From Octopus sinensis (taxonomy: Eukaryota), in assembly GCF_006345805.1 (NCBI RefSeq), contig NC_042998.1:53196001-53260000 (forward strand): a DNA stretch of 64,000 nt, given 5' to 3'. Below the pieces are notes generated by a model. That model ran no database searches. It saw only the letters and a program-made list of their open reading frames with translations, and had not been told where the DNA came from. The first letter of the stretch is position 1; each line of letters begins with the position of its first letter. Shown here in pieces: positions 51,220 through 64,000 of the stretch. Both the position numbers and the translations under genes were made by a program.

Positions 51220-51757
51220 AATAATGATAATGAAATTATTGTATACAGTGCTCAGGTGCACCACAACTTGTCAAAAGTGCATATAAAGTATATGCAGTAA
51301 TGTACAAATATCTGGAAAGTGAACAGTGTATGAGTCAGATACATGGTTGCGTGTGTATGGAGAAGAGAAAATCAGGTGTAGTGTTGGTGAATCTCAGGAA
51401 GCATGGAAGTTTTGAAGGATGCAGTGCTCCGCCAACTAACAACTGATGTCGGCAGTTTGTTCCATACTTCAGCAACTCTTAGCATGAAAAAATGTTTCTG
51501 AAAGTCATGGAAGTTGTGCTATTTTCTGACTTTGTAAACATGTCCATGGGTGTTAGACACGTGGAGTTTGAAAAGGTGCTCAGAGTTATTGTTTGTAAGA
51601 TGGTTAATAATTTTATGGGTGTCTGCCAAGTCAGCTGCCAGACGTCAGTGTTTTAATGTATCCATGCCCAGAGAAGTAAGGCGTTCAGAATATGGCAAAT
51701 GCCTGATAGAGGGTATTCTCTTGGTTGCACGTCGCTGAACGGTTTCCAGACGATTAA
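51220..51757 (-). mobile_element. Second copy of the CR1-group LINE 3' end
   Basis: Collinear and highly similar to 35290-35810. Confidence 0.92.
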
Positions 51758-53278
51758 TATGAACTCATTACAGCTGATCATACTGGAGCAATGTGAAGGG
51801 AAGTGCCTTGGCCATGTTAACTCTTTAGCATTCAGATTATTCTATCAAATGTATTGTTTATTTATTCACATAGTTTTGATTTAATCATGCATTATCTCAT
51901 AGCTTTGGGATTTCAGTGATGTGTCTGTATATACTTTTAGAATGACATTGTAGGGTAGATGTGAGAGGCTAGACCTGGCCAGTTTGAACATGAAACAGGA
52001 TATTTGGGCTAGATATGATTGTTTAAATGCTTGAAGGGTTAAACCAGTTGAGGTAAAAATTCTGCTACTTCCAAAATGGAAAATTTGAACTATAAGGGTT
52101 CTACACCATTTCCATCTATCAAATTTCCAATAGTAGAGCTAGGATGAGGGGGATGTCTGCTCTGGGTGATGTTTTTATGAGGGAAGCACTTTTGGGGGTC
52201 TGCTTTATAAGTCTGTATAGGTTTAGGGGTCCTATGATGGGGATTCAAATTTAGGGACTGTCCTGAGCAGCACACACATGCACATACACACACATTAGAT
52301 ACACCAATGCAAATTTCATTCCTATCACTTTGGTTATTTCATAGCTATGATGAAGGACATTTGCCAAAGATATCATGCAATGAAATCAACACAACCATAC
52401 TTGAATCAGATAAACTCTTCAACAATAAAGAGCTTAGAAATAGTAAGCTTAGCATAAATTAAATTCAAGCTCTTTAAAGTACTTTACAAGAGCTGTAATC
52501 AGTGGCAGGTGCCATATGACCAGTTGATTTAACCTGGCTTCTCAACCACATGGTTCTGGGTTCAGTCCCACTGCATGACATCTTGGGCAAGTGTCTTCTA
52601 CTATAGCCTCAGGCCGACCAAAGCTTTGTGAGTGGATGTGGTAGACAGAACCTGAGAAAAGCCCTTCATAGATATGTGTGTGTGTGAGTTTTTGTGACTG
52701 TGTTTGTCCCCTATCACCATTTGACAACTGGTGTAGATATATTTACAGCCTTGTAACTTAGCTGTTAGGCAAAAGAGACCAATTGAATGAGTACCAGGAT
52801 TTAAAAAAATATAAGCACTGGGGTCAAAACATTATATGACTAAAAGTTCTTCAAAGCAGTGCCATAGCATGGCTGCAGTCTAATGACAGAAACAAGTATG
52901 AGATAAAGGATACATAGGCATTGTTCCCATTAATTTTGAAAACGAAGAACTTAGCAAAACAACCTTGTCATTATAAGGCTGGTATTTAGAACATTAAGCA
53001 AAACAGAATTTTGAGGGAAGATTTTTAATTTAGATCACTTTAAACATAGTCTTTATCATAGAACTAGAGGTGATCTCAGGTGGGTTGGTATGAAAATGGT
53101 TGGCATAGGTGCAGGTGTGGCTGTGTGGTAAGAAGCTTGCTTCCTAACCACATGGTTCCAGGTTTAGTGCCACTGCATGACACATTGGGCAAGTGTCTTC
53201 TGCTATAGCCTCAGGCTGACCACAACCTTGTGAGTGGATTTAGTAGAGAGAAACTGAAAGAAACCCGTCATATATATG

Positions 53279-53337
<59 letters not shown>

Positions 53338-54851
53338 ATATATATGTGTGTGTGTATGTGTGTGTTTATTGAGCCTTTTTTTAAGATACGGGGGCATAAA
53401 AATCAGTTGTCAACCATGTGCTGACAAAGACATGCATGGATGCACACACACACACATTATATATATATATAATATTTAATCTCGTGAGTGGACTTGGTAG
53501 GGAGAAACTGAAAGAAGCCCGTGATGTATATATATAAGTGTGTGTGTGTGTATGTAAGTGTGTGCCTCTGTGTGTGTGTGTGTGTGTGTGTATGCATGTG
53601 TGGTGTGTGCATGTGTGTGTGTGTGTGCGTGTGTATGTGTCTGTGTTTGTACCCCACCACCGCTTCACAATTGGTGTTGGTGTGTTTACCTCCCCATAAC
53701 TTAGTACATCAATATAAGGGACCAATAGAATAAGAACCAGGCTTTAAAAAAATAGAAAAGTATTGGGGTTGATTCATTTGACTAAAAATTCTTCAAGGCA
53801 GTGCCCCAGCATGGCCTTAATCTAATGACTGAAACAAGTAAAAAAAACACAAAGATACATTCATTTATATCCGTGTGCATAATGGAAGTCTCAGAAAGTG
53901 AAAGGAAACTTGCACTGGCAGATGCAGAGATTGCATGTTCTTGACGTCAACAGGAAATTAGAGTGACATCAAAATACTGACTATCCTAGAAGAAAACCAG
54001 ACAACAATCCTAAAATCAGCTAAAACAATGTTGTAGTCTTCTATATCACTCTGGCATAACTGAAGCAATGACAAGAAATGAAAGAGAAGTAATATGAAGT
54101 AGGAGGTGTTAAAGTGGCGAGCTGGCAAAATCATTACCATGCTAGAATAAAAAGCTTAGCAGTATTTCTGGTAACTTAACGCTCAGAATTTCAATTCCAC
54201 CAAGGTCATTTTTTTGCCTTTCATGCTTTCAGGGTTGATAAAATAAGTACCAGTTGAACACTGGGGTCAATGTAATTGACTCAACCCCTTACCCTGAAAT
54301 TGCTGGCCTTGTGCTAAAATTTGAAACCAATATGGGGTAAGGTGTCAAAAATGAAGACAACACCATCTTACAGAGTATGAGCTTACCTTTGTTAAGAAAT
54401 AAAAAATATGTTATATTTATTCTTTAACTTGTTTCAGCTACTGGACTACAGCCATGCTAGGATTCTGCCTTGAAAAGTTTAGTTGAATAAATCTACCCCT
54501 TTACTTATCCTTTTTATGCTTGGTACTTATTTTATTGAAGACTTTTTTTAACTTACAGGGACATAAATATCAGTTGTCAGCCATGTGATGATAAACACAA
54601 GGACATGCATGCATGCACACACACAGACACACACACATTATATATTCTTTTACTTGTTTCAGTCATTTGACTGCGGCCATGCTGGGGCACTGCCTTTAGT
54701 CAAGTAAATTGTCCCCAGAACTTATTCTTTGTAAGCCTAGTATTTATTCTATCAGTCTCTTTTGCCGAACCACTAAGTTATGGGGTCATAAACACACCAG
54801 CATCAGTTGTCAAGCGATGTTGGGGGGACAAACATATACACACAGACATAC

Positions 54852-54884
<33 letters not shown>

Positions 54885-57800
54885 ATATATACACACATAT
54901 ATATAACTATAAATATATATATACACATATATATACATACACACACACATATATATATATATATAAATATATATATATGACAGGCCTCCAGTTTCTGTCA
55001 ACTAAAATCATTCACAAAGCATTGGTCAGGTGAGGTATGTAGAAGACACCCAAGGTGCAACATGGTGGTCCTGAAGAAAACTTAAATGAGTGTATGTGTA
55101 TCTGTGTGCATGTATGTAGAAAAGTAAAGTTACCTTCTCTAGTCATGTTGAGTCATAAGGACCAGTTTTCCAGTTTCATGGCATATACATTCCCCACTCG
55201 GTTAGGACACTGGTCTATCACCAGATTACTCATTTTTGCCAGCTGAGTAGACTGGAGCGATGTGAAATGAAGGGTTTTGCTCAAGAACACAATGCATCAC
55301 CCAGTCCAGGAATCAAAACCACAATCTTATAATCATGGGTCCAACACCCTCACCACTAAGCCACATGCCTCCACAAAATATAAACATATATATATATATA
55401 TATGTGTATGTATGTATGTGTGTATACATAGAGAGAGAGTGAGAGCTGGGTTTTAGACTTGAGCTACAATAAGTACTATAGTCAGGAGAGCTTATATAGT
55501 ATGCTGTATACAGTCATAAAGCATGAAATTTATGATAGCTCAATTTTAAATCTGATGTATATTAAACGATATTTATATCTCTCACTGGATAGAGTACTTC
55601 TGTGGTTGATCCCATATATAAAGAGTTTTCACTCATCACTGCATCTCACTTCTCAACATCTGAAGTGTTTCCTCTCCACCAGACCCTACTAGCCACAACA
55701 TTCAGTCTGTCTACCACAGAACATTTTTTTTTTCCTACAACCATCATATTTCAGCAACTCGAGAGAAATGTTAATCGCACAAGACGCAGAGGGTTTGCAA
55801 AGAGGTCAGGAGTTAATCCTTTCCTCCAGAATAAACTGATGTAATAAAAATATACTTTTCACATTCAAAGATGCATTCTGATCTTGTGTACATCTTCATG
55901 TGAATATGGAAAGAAACAGATAATTTTTCAGATAACAACCACTTCCACTCCCCATTTCACACACCTCACCAAGAAGGAAAAAAAAAATGGTTTGAAACTA
56001 GTAAGACGGAAGTATATTTACACCAAAGGAAGGATGTCTACAGCTATATGAGAAACCAGAAACTAGACAAACAATATATCTGCCTAAATGTGTGTATACG
56101 TTTAATGCTTATGTTTGAGGGAGTGTATGTGTGTGAAATATATATAAATATATATATGTTTCTTTCTTTTTCTCTTTTACTTGTTTCAGTCATTTGACTG
56201 TGGCCATGCTGGAGCACCGCCTTTAGTCGAGCAAATCGACCCCGGGACTTATTCTTTGTAAGCCCAGTACTTATTCTATCGGTCTCTTTTGCCGAACTGC
56301 TAAGTGACGGGGACGTAAACACACCAGCATCGGTTGTCAAGCAATGCTAGGGGGACACAGACACACACACACATACATATATATATAAATATATGTACAT
56401 ATATACGACGGGCTTCTTTCAGTTTCCGTCTACCAAATCCACTCACAAGGCATTGGTCAGCCTGGGGCTATAGCAGAAGACACTTGCCCAAGATGCCACG
56501 CAGTGGGACTGAACCCGGAACCATGTGGTTGGTAAGCAAGCTACTTACCACACAGCCACTCCTGTATATATACACATCTTTGTTTCTCTTTTTTATTTGT
56601 TTTACCTTTCAAGGCAGAATACTAGCATGTGACCATGCTGGGGCAATGCCTGGAGGAATTATTTTATTCGAACAAATTGACACCAGTACTTATTTTTGTT
56701 TTTATCAGTCTCTTCAGCCGAAATGCTAAGCTGCAGGGACATAAACACACCAGCACCGATTGTCAAGTGGTGGTGGGAGACAAACACAGACTCAAAGACA
56801 CATGAACACACACACACACACGTCCATTGTCTAAATAATTCTTTTTCTGTTGCATTTGCATTATTATTTCATTACGTTACATTTGTCTGATAGTCAAAAA
56901 TCCTTCTCTGTTATTTATCTGTATTTGTAAATGTGTAATTATTTTCCTTCTGTCGTATAGCCGAAAGGTGTTCATCTGTTGTATGTGTATAATTCTAGCT
57001 TTCTTGTTTTTGTTTGCATTCTTGTATACATTCATTTGCTTTTCCCAGAAGCTTAATGCTTTTAGCTAAAGTCTCTGGCACCTACTGAATTTGAGTGGTC
57101 TCAGAGGTATAAAAGTGTGAAACTGCTAGGATTTTCCAGACACTGACTGATGAGGAAATCAGCTGTGTTCCGTATATCTTTTTTTTTTGTCCTGTTTGTT
57201 GCTTGTTATGTTGTTGCCTATTTTTCTGCATATTGTGTTTTGTTGGATTTCCATTTGTTGAGTTCTTTCTGTCCTACCCTTGATTTATATATATATATAT
57301 ATATATCCTCATCATAATCGTTTAACGTCCGTTTTCCCTGCTGGCATGGGTTGGACGGTTTGACCGGGGTCTGGGAAGCCAGGAGGCTGCGCCAGGCTCC
57401 AGTCTGATTTGGCAGTGTTTCTATTGCTGGATGCCCTTCCTAACGGCATCCACTCTGTGAACACACACAACTGCCTTCTTTCAGTTTCCGTCCTCCAAAT
57501 CTATGCACAAGGCTTTGATCGGCCCAAGGCTACAGTAGAAGACACATGCTCAAGCTGCCAAGCAGTGAGACTGAACCCAAAACCATGTAGTTGGGATGTA
57601 AACTTACCACATAACCTTGCCTGCTCTGCCAAGTGTATGACTAACAAGAATGACATTGGCTGAGGTTAGGGTAAACCTTTGCATTGTTCTGAAAATCCAA
57701 GAGATACAATGGTAGAGAGAATGTATATAAATAGAAGGTATAAGAATCATGAGGTGGCATATTTTCAACTACCATGAATTGTTCTGGGGGGTTAGTCTGT

Positions 57801-60800
57801 TAGCTCCCTTTTCAGACCCCTTGTACATATGGTAATATAAACACACATACACATATATACTCATATGTATATTAATATGCATGATAATATTGATGTAATA
57901 TCTATTATATAGCTAACAAAATCATGAAACATCTGTATGGAATGAATGTCTACTCTCTCACTTCCCTTGTATGTTCTAATTTTGTGTATATCAATGTTGC
58001 AAAACTGGGTAAGACCATCTGGTTGATAACTAATGAAGAATTAGGGACCTTCTGCGTTGGATTTCTGTCCTTTTGTATACTCAGTATATATCACAATCAT
58101 GGGGTAGTGAGTTCGATTCCCGCACTGGGTAGCATGCTCCGTTCTCGATCAAGACACTTAATTTGATGTTGCTCCAGTTCACTCAGCTGCAGAAATGAGT
58201 TGCGACGTCCGTCACTGATGCTGAGCTGTATTGGTCTTTGCCTTTCCCCTTGAAAAACAGAGGTGGCATGGAGAGGGGAGGTTGGTATGCATGGGCGACT
58301 GCAGATCTTCCATAAACAACCTTGCCTGGACTTGTGCCTGGGAGAGTAACTTTCTAGGTGCAATCCGATGGTTATTCATGACAGAAGTGGGGCTTTACTA
58401 TGTATGTATGTTTGTATGTATGTGTAATTCTATGGACATTTGTGACTGAAGGGAGTCTTTTAAGATATATATATATATATATATATGCTAACTTAAAAGC
58501 TGCACTACATGTGGGCTTTTAAGCTGGCTTTTGCAGAGGGCTAATTGGGCTTGTAGCCCAAAACTAAAAGGAAAAATAATAATACAGCATTTATTGGCAC
58601 CCTACCGATATAGTATTACTTTGAATTCAGTTGAAATGGAAAACTTGTATTCGCAAATTTTTGGAGTTCTACTAAAATTTGAGTTTTCAACTGTTAGCAT
58701 ATAGCAAATCCTCATCCAGACCTGATCCCAATGCTGGATGTTCAAAATGAGGGACAGATTTTCAATCTTCAGATCATCCTAATTCCAAAAAGGTATAATA
58801 TGTCTATGTAGAGCAAATGTAGACTGAGATACAGATGTCCCAGATGTGAGTGAATTTGGTAGATGGAAACTGAAAGAAGCCGTTGTGTGTGTATATATGT
58901 GTGTGTGTCTTTGTATCCATGTTTGTCCCCCACCACCACTTGACAACCGGTGATGGTATGTTTACATCCCTGTAACTTAGAAGTTCCTCAAAGAGACCAA
59001 TACTACTAGGCTTAAAAAAGATATAAGTCCTGGGGTCAATTTGACTAAAATGCGTCAAGGTCATGCCCCAGCCTGGCCACAGTCAAATGATAAATAAATA
59101 ATAAAAGATAGGTATGTATTTATTTATATGAATATGTGTATGACTATGCACATGTGTCCTTCCTTTCTGCCTTGGCTCCTCAGCTACAGATAGATTCATA
59201 GGCACACTTTCAAGGCATCATGATATATCTTGAAAATTTTAAACAGGATGGAACCTATCCCTGTCCTGATTTGAACACGGGGGATTTCTGCTAATGAGTG
59301 ATAGAAAGCAGAATCAGCCTCAAGCACTGTATTGGTGCTTAATTCATTGTTCCTGAAAGGGTGAAAAGTGAAGTTGACTTCCACAGGATTTGATCCTGGA
59401 GTCAGAACACCGGCTATACACCATCTATAATGCTTCGCAGTATATGTCCTAACAACTCGGTCAGTTTGTTGTGTGTGTGTGTGTGTGACTGAGTGATAAG
59501 AAGCTTAGTTCCCAACCACATGGTTGTGAGTTCAGGCCAGCTACATGGCACCTCGGGCAAGTGTCTTCTACTATAGCCCCAGGTCGACCAAAACCTTTGG
59601 TAAACAGAAACTGAAACAGGCCCGTCATGTGTGTGTGTGTGTGTGTATCTATTTTTGTCTTCGTGTTTGTCCCTCCCCACCATCGCTTGACAGCCGGTGT
59701 TTTTTTGTTTACGTCCCTGTAACCTAGCGTTTCAGCATAAGGAACCGACAGAATAAGTCCAAGACTTGAAATATAAGCACTGAGGTCGATTCGCTCGACT
59801 AAACTCAAGACAGTGCCCCAGAATGGGCGAAGTCCAATAACTGAAACAAAAGATACATGCTTACAAATACAAATATTTCTCTCTTTCTCTCTCACTCTAC
59901 ATTTATATATGTATGTATTCATGTATCTATGTGTATATGTATTGTGAATGCGTGTGCTTGCGTACATGTATGTGTTTGTATACGTGTACGGTTCAATGTT
60001 TATGCATATGTAGATAGAACGTACACGAAACTGCATTTGTGCAATAGTAAATTGAAGGAGTTGCTTATATCTGCAGTGTTGCATATATGTGTGTATGAAT
60101 GTTGTCGGCGTGTGCATAATTTTGCATGCATACAATGCATACTTCTTTGTTTGTGCATGCAGGCAAATCCGTTTAATCACTATTTATACAGTTATCTATT
60201 GCAATCAATTCACATTCACACACACACACACACAAACGCGTACACAAGTATTATATATATTTAAAGTATATGGAAGACAACGCATATGTTATGTACGTGT
60301 GTGTATGTATGTGCATTCATAGTCAAGAATGCATGTATGTATGTTTTTATTAAAAAGTGTTTACGTATCTCTTTCTCTCTGCCTCTCTCTCATTCATTCT
60401 ATCACCGGTTCATATGTGAGCGCATATTTGTGTGTGTGTGTGTGTGTGTAGAGAGAGAGAGAGATCGAAGTAAATTATGCACACACACATGCTCTATAAT
60501 TATAATTATTGCAACCATTATTATTATTATTATTATCAAGTGCAAAATGTTTTACTGAGTGATTGAAAAATTGAGAGAGTCAGACAGGCAGGACGTTATA
60601 ACTGGGGAAAATGGCACAAAAGATGCTGTTATAAAAGAGCAGTGAAAACGGAAGCATGTGATAGAGACGTTCAGGATAAATGGTTAAGTTTGAATGAGCA
60701 GAATCACCGGGGTTAAAAAAAAAAAAAAAAAAACAGACGAAGAGACAGGACGAATAGAAAAATAAAAGTAAAGAAAAGAAAAGTGAGGAAGAATATGTTG

Positions 60801-61469
60801 CTATTTCTCGAATGAGATGGGGGGGGTCTACCGTTTGTCTTCCAATAGTGGCTTCCCGAACTTTTTTATTTTTACCCCTCACTTTAATGCAAACAAATAC
60901 ATCAGCGGCTTTTGTGTGTGAGTGGTGTCTACACCATACATATAATATTTATAAGCTAAAACATAAATGCGATATGCAATTTACAGAATTCAAAATAATT
61001 TTATATTTGTTAAATTTAATAAATGAACCGTAATCATCAATGAGGACCATGAACTAAATGTTGTTTTTTTTTCCTGATTTATTTTTCTTATTCTTCCTTG
61101 TGTGTTTGCATGCACTTTAGATAAACATCCTATTTCATTACAGAATGCATTTAAGTTTCTTTCGTTTTACTGATTTGTTTGTTTATTTATTTATTGTTCC
61201 GTTTTCCATTTAATAAAGTAACTGGGCTTTCTTTTTAGAAATCAGTTTGCATTTTTCACATTTATTTTTCCTAGAATTTTATATTTGTCATACACCTAGC
61301 TATATTTCATAGTATACCTGTGTGCTACAGATCACCGCATGAGAATCACTCTATGAGAGTGAGAGAAAGAGGCAGAGAGGAAAAGATAGACAGATGGATT
61401 GAATAAGAGAAGCATACAGATAGTCAGACAGACAGACAGATATACAAACAGACAGATAGCTAGACAGCT

Positions 61470-61603
61470 ACACTAAGATAGATAGATAGATAGAGAGAGA
61501 GATACATACATTCATACATACATACATACACACACACAGATAGCTAGATAGATAGATACACAGATAGGTAGATAGACAGACAGATAGACGGATAGATAGA
61601 CAC

Positions 61604-61638
<35 letters not shown>

Positions 61639-61706
61639 GACAGATAGATTGACAGATAGACACATACATACATACATACATACATACATAGACAGACAGA
61701 GAAATG

Positions 61707-61762
<56 letters not shown>

Positions 61763-61840
61763 TACAGATAGATATACAGATAGATATACAGATAGATATA
61801 CAGATAGATATACAGATAGACAGACAGACTGATAGATATT
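61470..61840. repeat. Compound (GATA/GACA/CATA)n microsatellite (also (GATA)n at 22240-22312)
   Basis: Seen directly; source of the YLSI-repeat ORFs. Confidence 0.95.
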
Positions 61841-62400
61841 GAAAGATTGAAGATTTTCAAAGAGTTGGTGAGATAGAATGTTTGTATGTCTTGCTTGGGA
61901 AGGAAAGAGGGAACGACGAAGGGTTTGTAAAAGCTGCAACAGGCTGACAGGCATTTCAGAAAAACGATGTTATATACAAATAGAAGAGTGTTGCACACAA
62001 ACACATAAACACCATGTGTGTGTGTGCGCGCACGAGCACTCATAACTGTGTGTATACGTTTGTGTTAATACATAAATGTGTGTGTGTGCGTGTGCACTTC
62101 TGTTTGCGTGTGTATATGTGTGCATGAACTTATATTTGTGTTTATTTTCCTTGATTCGTGCGTGTGTGTGTGTGAGTACCATTATTTGTGTATATACATT
62201 GATGTGTATGTGTGTGCACGATTAGATTGAGTGTGTACGTGCGTGTACTTATATTTGCGTGCATACATCTAAGATTCAAGATTGTGTGTGCGAATATGTG
62301 TGTGTGTATACATGTGTACACGTATCTGAGTGTGCAGATTTATATTTGTGCATGTATGTGCGTGTGTGCACCTATATTTATATTTATGTATGCGTGTGTG

Positions 62401-62441
<41 letters not shown>

Positions 62442-62534
62442 CCTGTACCCATATATGCATGTATATATACATGTAGAGGTAGGTACGTACATACATATAT
62501 GTATGTCTATATACATATGTTTTATTTATTAATT

Positions 62535-62583
<49 letters not shown>

Positions 62584-62693
62584 ATATGTTCGAGTGTGTT
62601 GTGTGTATGCACTGATATTTGTGAGTATAATATGCGTCAGTACACTTATATTTGTATGTGCGTGCCTGTGTGCAGATATGTGTCTGTGTGCGC

Positions 62694-62730
<37 letters not shown>

Positions 62731-63445
62731 CGTGCGTGTGTGTGTGTTGTGTGTGTGTGTGTGTATGAGAGCACATATATATGAATGTGTGCAACTAAAT
62801 ACAACCCGAATACGCATATCGTAGAGAAAAGAAAAACACAAGGCAAAGATGACAAGCAGACGAAAACGAGTTGAACGTACAATAACGCATTAAATATGAT
62901 AAAACTACTTGTAGAGTTATTAAATAAAACTGGTGTAATTTTTACATTGAAGTAAATAACTAAAACACATATAAACATTCTTATATGAAGATACATGGTT
63001 CACTTTCTGTTACAGTATAATGTGATTTTTTTTCTTCTCCCCACCAATGGATATGTTTACATATGTATGCATATTCGTATGAGCTCTCAAATACACACGA
63101 ATATGTGACAGTGTATATACAAACGAATATGTGAATATATATACACACGAACATACAGACAGACAGATAGATAGATAGATATATAGAAATATGTATGCAC
63201 ACATAATATATATATATATATATATATATACAAGTAAGTATGTAGAATTATATATACACACACGCACGAATATCTATAGAGACAAAAATGTTTGCACATA
63301 CATACACGAACATATTACATGTATTCATATATATATATTATATATATATATATATATATATGCATACATACAAATATGCCTGCATATACATAAATACAAA
63401 CATCTTTGATGTATGTTTGTATCAAATGTGCACGACTAATGTGTG

Positions 63446-63482
<37 letters not shown>

Positions 63483-63539
63483 ATGTATACACACACAAAT
63501 ATGCATGCATATACATAAATACATGAATATCTATATGTA

Positions 63540-63577
<38 letters not shown>

Positions 63578-63705
63578 CGCATACATACAAAATATGTATG
63601 CGTATGCATACATATTTATATCGAATATCTATAAGTACGAATGTATATATATATATATATATGTATTACATGCACATATTGTATGCATGTACATACATAC
63701 ACGAA

Positions 63706-63742
<37 letters not shown>

Positions 63743-63838
63743 CGATAGATGGAGATAGATAGATAGATATATATAGAGAGAGGGAGAGACTCTGAAAGAG
63801 AAGAAATGATATTAAAGTAGAAAAGAACTGTGACTTAC

Positions 63839-64000
63839 ACATTTTCGGTAGCAAGTGTTGTGAATAAACGATTGACCACCGCAAAGAAGGCTGGAGGAAA
63901 TGATTCTATCCCAGCTGAGAGATGATCGTTTGTTGTTGATGATACTAGACACTAGTCTCTGTATCAGTAGTAGTAGTAGTAGTTGTAGTAGTGGTGGTGG
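63839..64000 (-). other. Possible 5' exon of a minus-strand gene
   Basis: Consensus donor GTAAGT (63838-63833) at the edge of a non-repetitive CpG-containing block; the exon end reads gaaaATGT|gtaagt. No downstream partner exon established. Confidence 0.3.

Noticed and set aside
54380-54410. Recursive splice site (T-rich tract, then AAG|GTAAGC, minus strand)
   Set aside because: AAG rather than YAG acceptor and no established host intron; easily arises by chance in AT-rich DNA.

Overview
AT-rich eukaryotic genomic DNA with dense (TA)n, (CA)n, (CATA)n, (GATA)n and (AAT)n microsatellites. The repeat spectrum (tRNA-derived SINE families, RTE, CR1/L2, R4/Dong-like and HERO-like LINE remnants) looks like a coleoid cephalopod, probably Octopus; this is recognition from memory, not a database result. 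Almost all listed ORFs are microsatellite artefacts. The only well-supported host coding sequence is the last two exons of an unidentified plus-strand gene (<3..113 and 1243..1512). The rest is intron-like or intergenic and holds dozens of SINEs, LINE fragments, mariner/hAT/piggyBac-like MITEs and a probable solo LTR. Main observations: (1) a near-intact type I hammerhead ribozyme at 6244-6340 in a small element embedded in (TA)n, plus several decayed hammerhead cores, suggesting Penelope-like or retrozyme-type elements; (2) a tRNA-headed SINE with a hammerhead-like tail (9188-9473, minus); (3) a variable-number ladder of predicted H-type pseudoknots in RTE 3' ends; (4) a 260/261-identical ectopic copy of the gene's stop codon and proximal 3' UTR; (5) an apparent CpG-retention boundary near 59.9 kb. 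All structures were paired by eye, and repeat boundaries are approximate.
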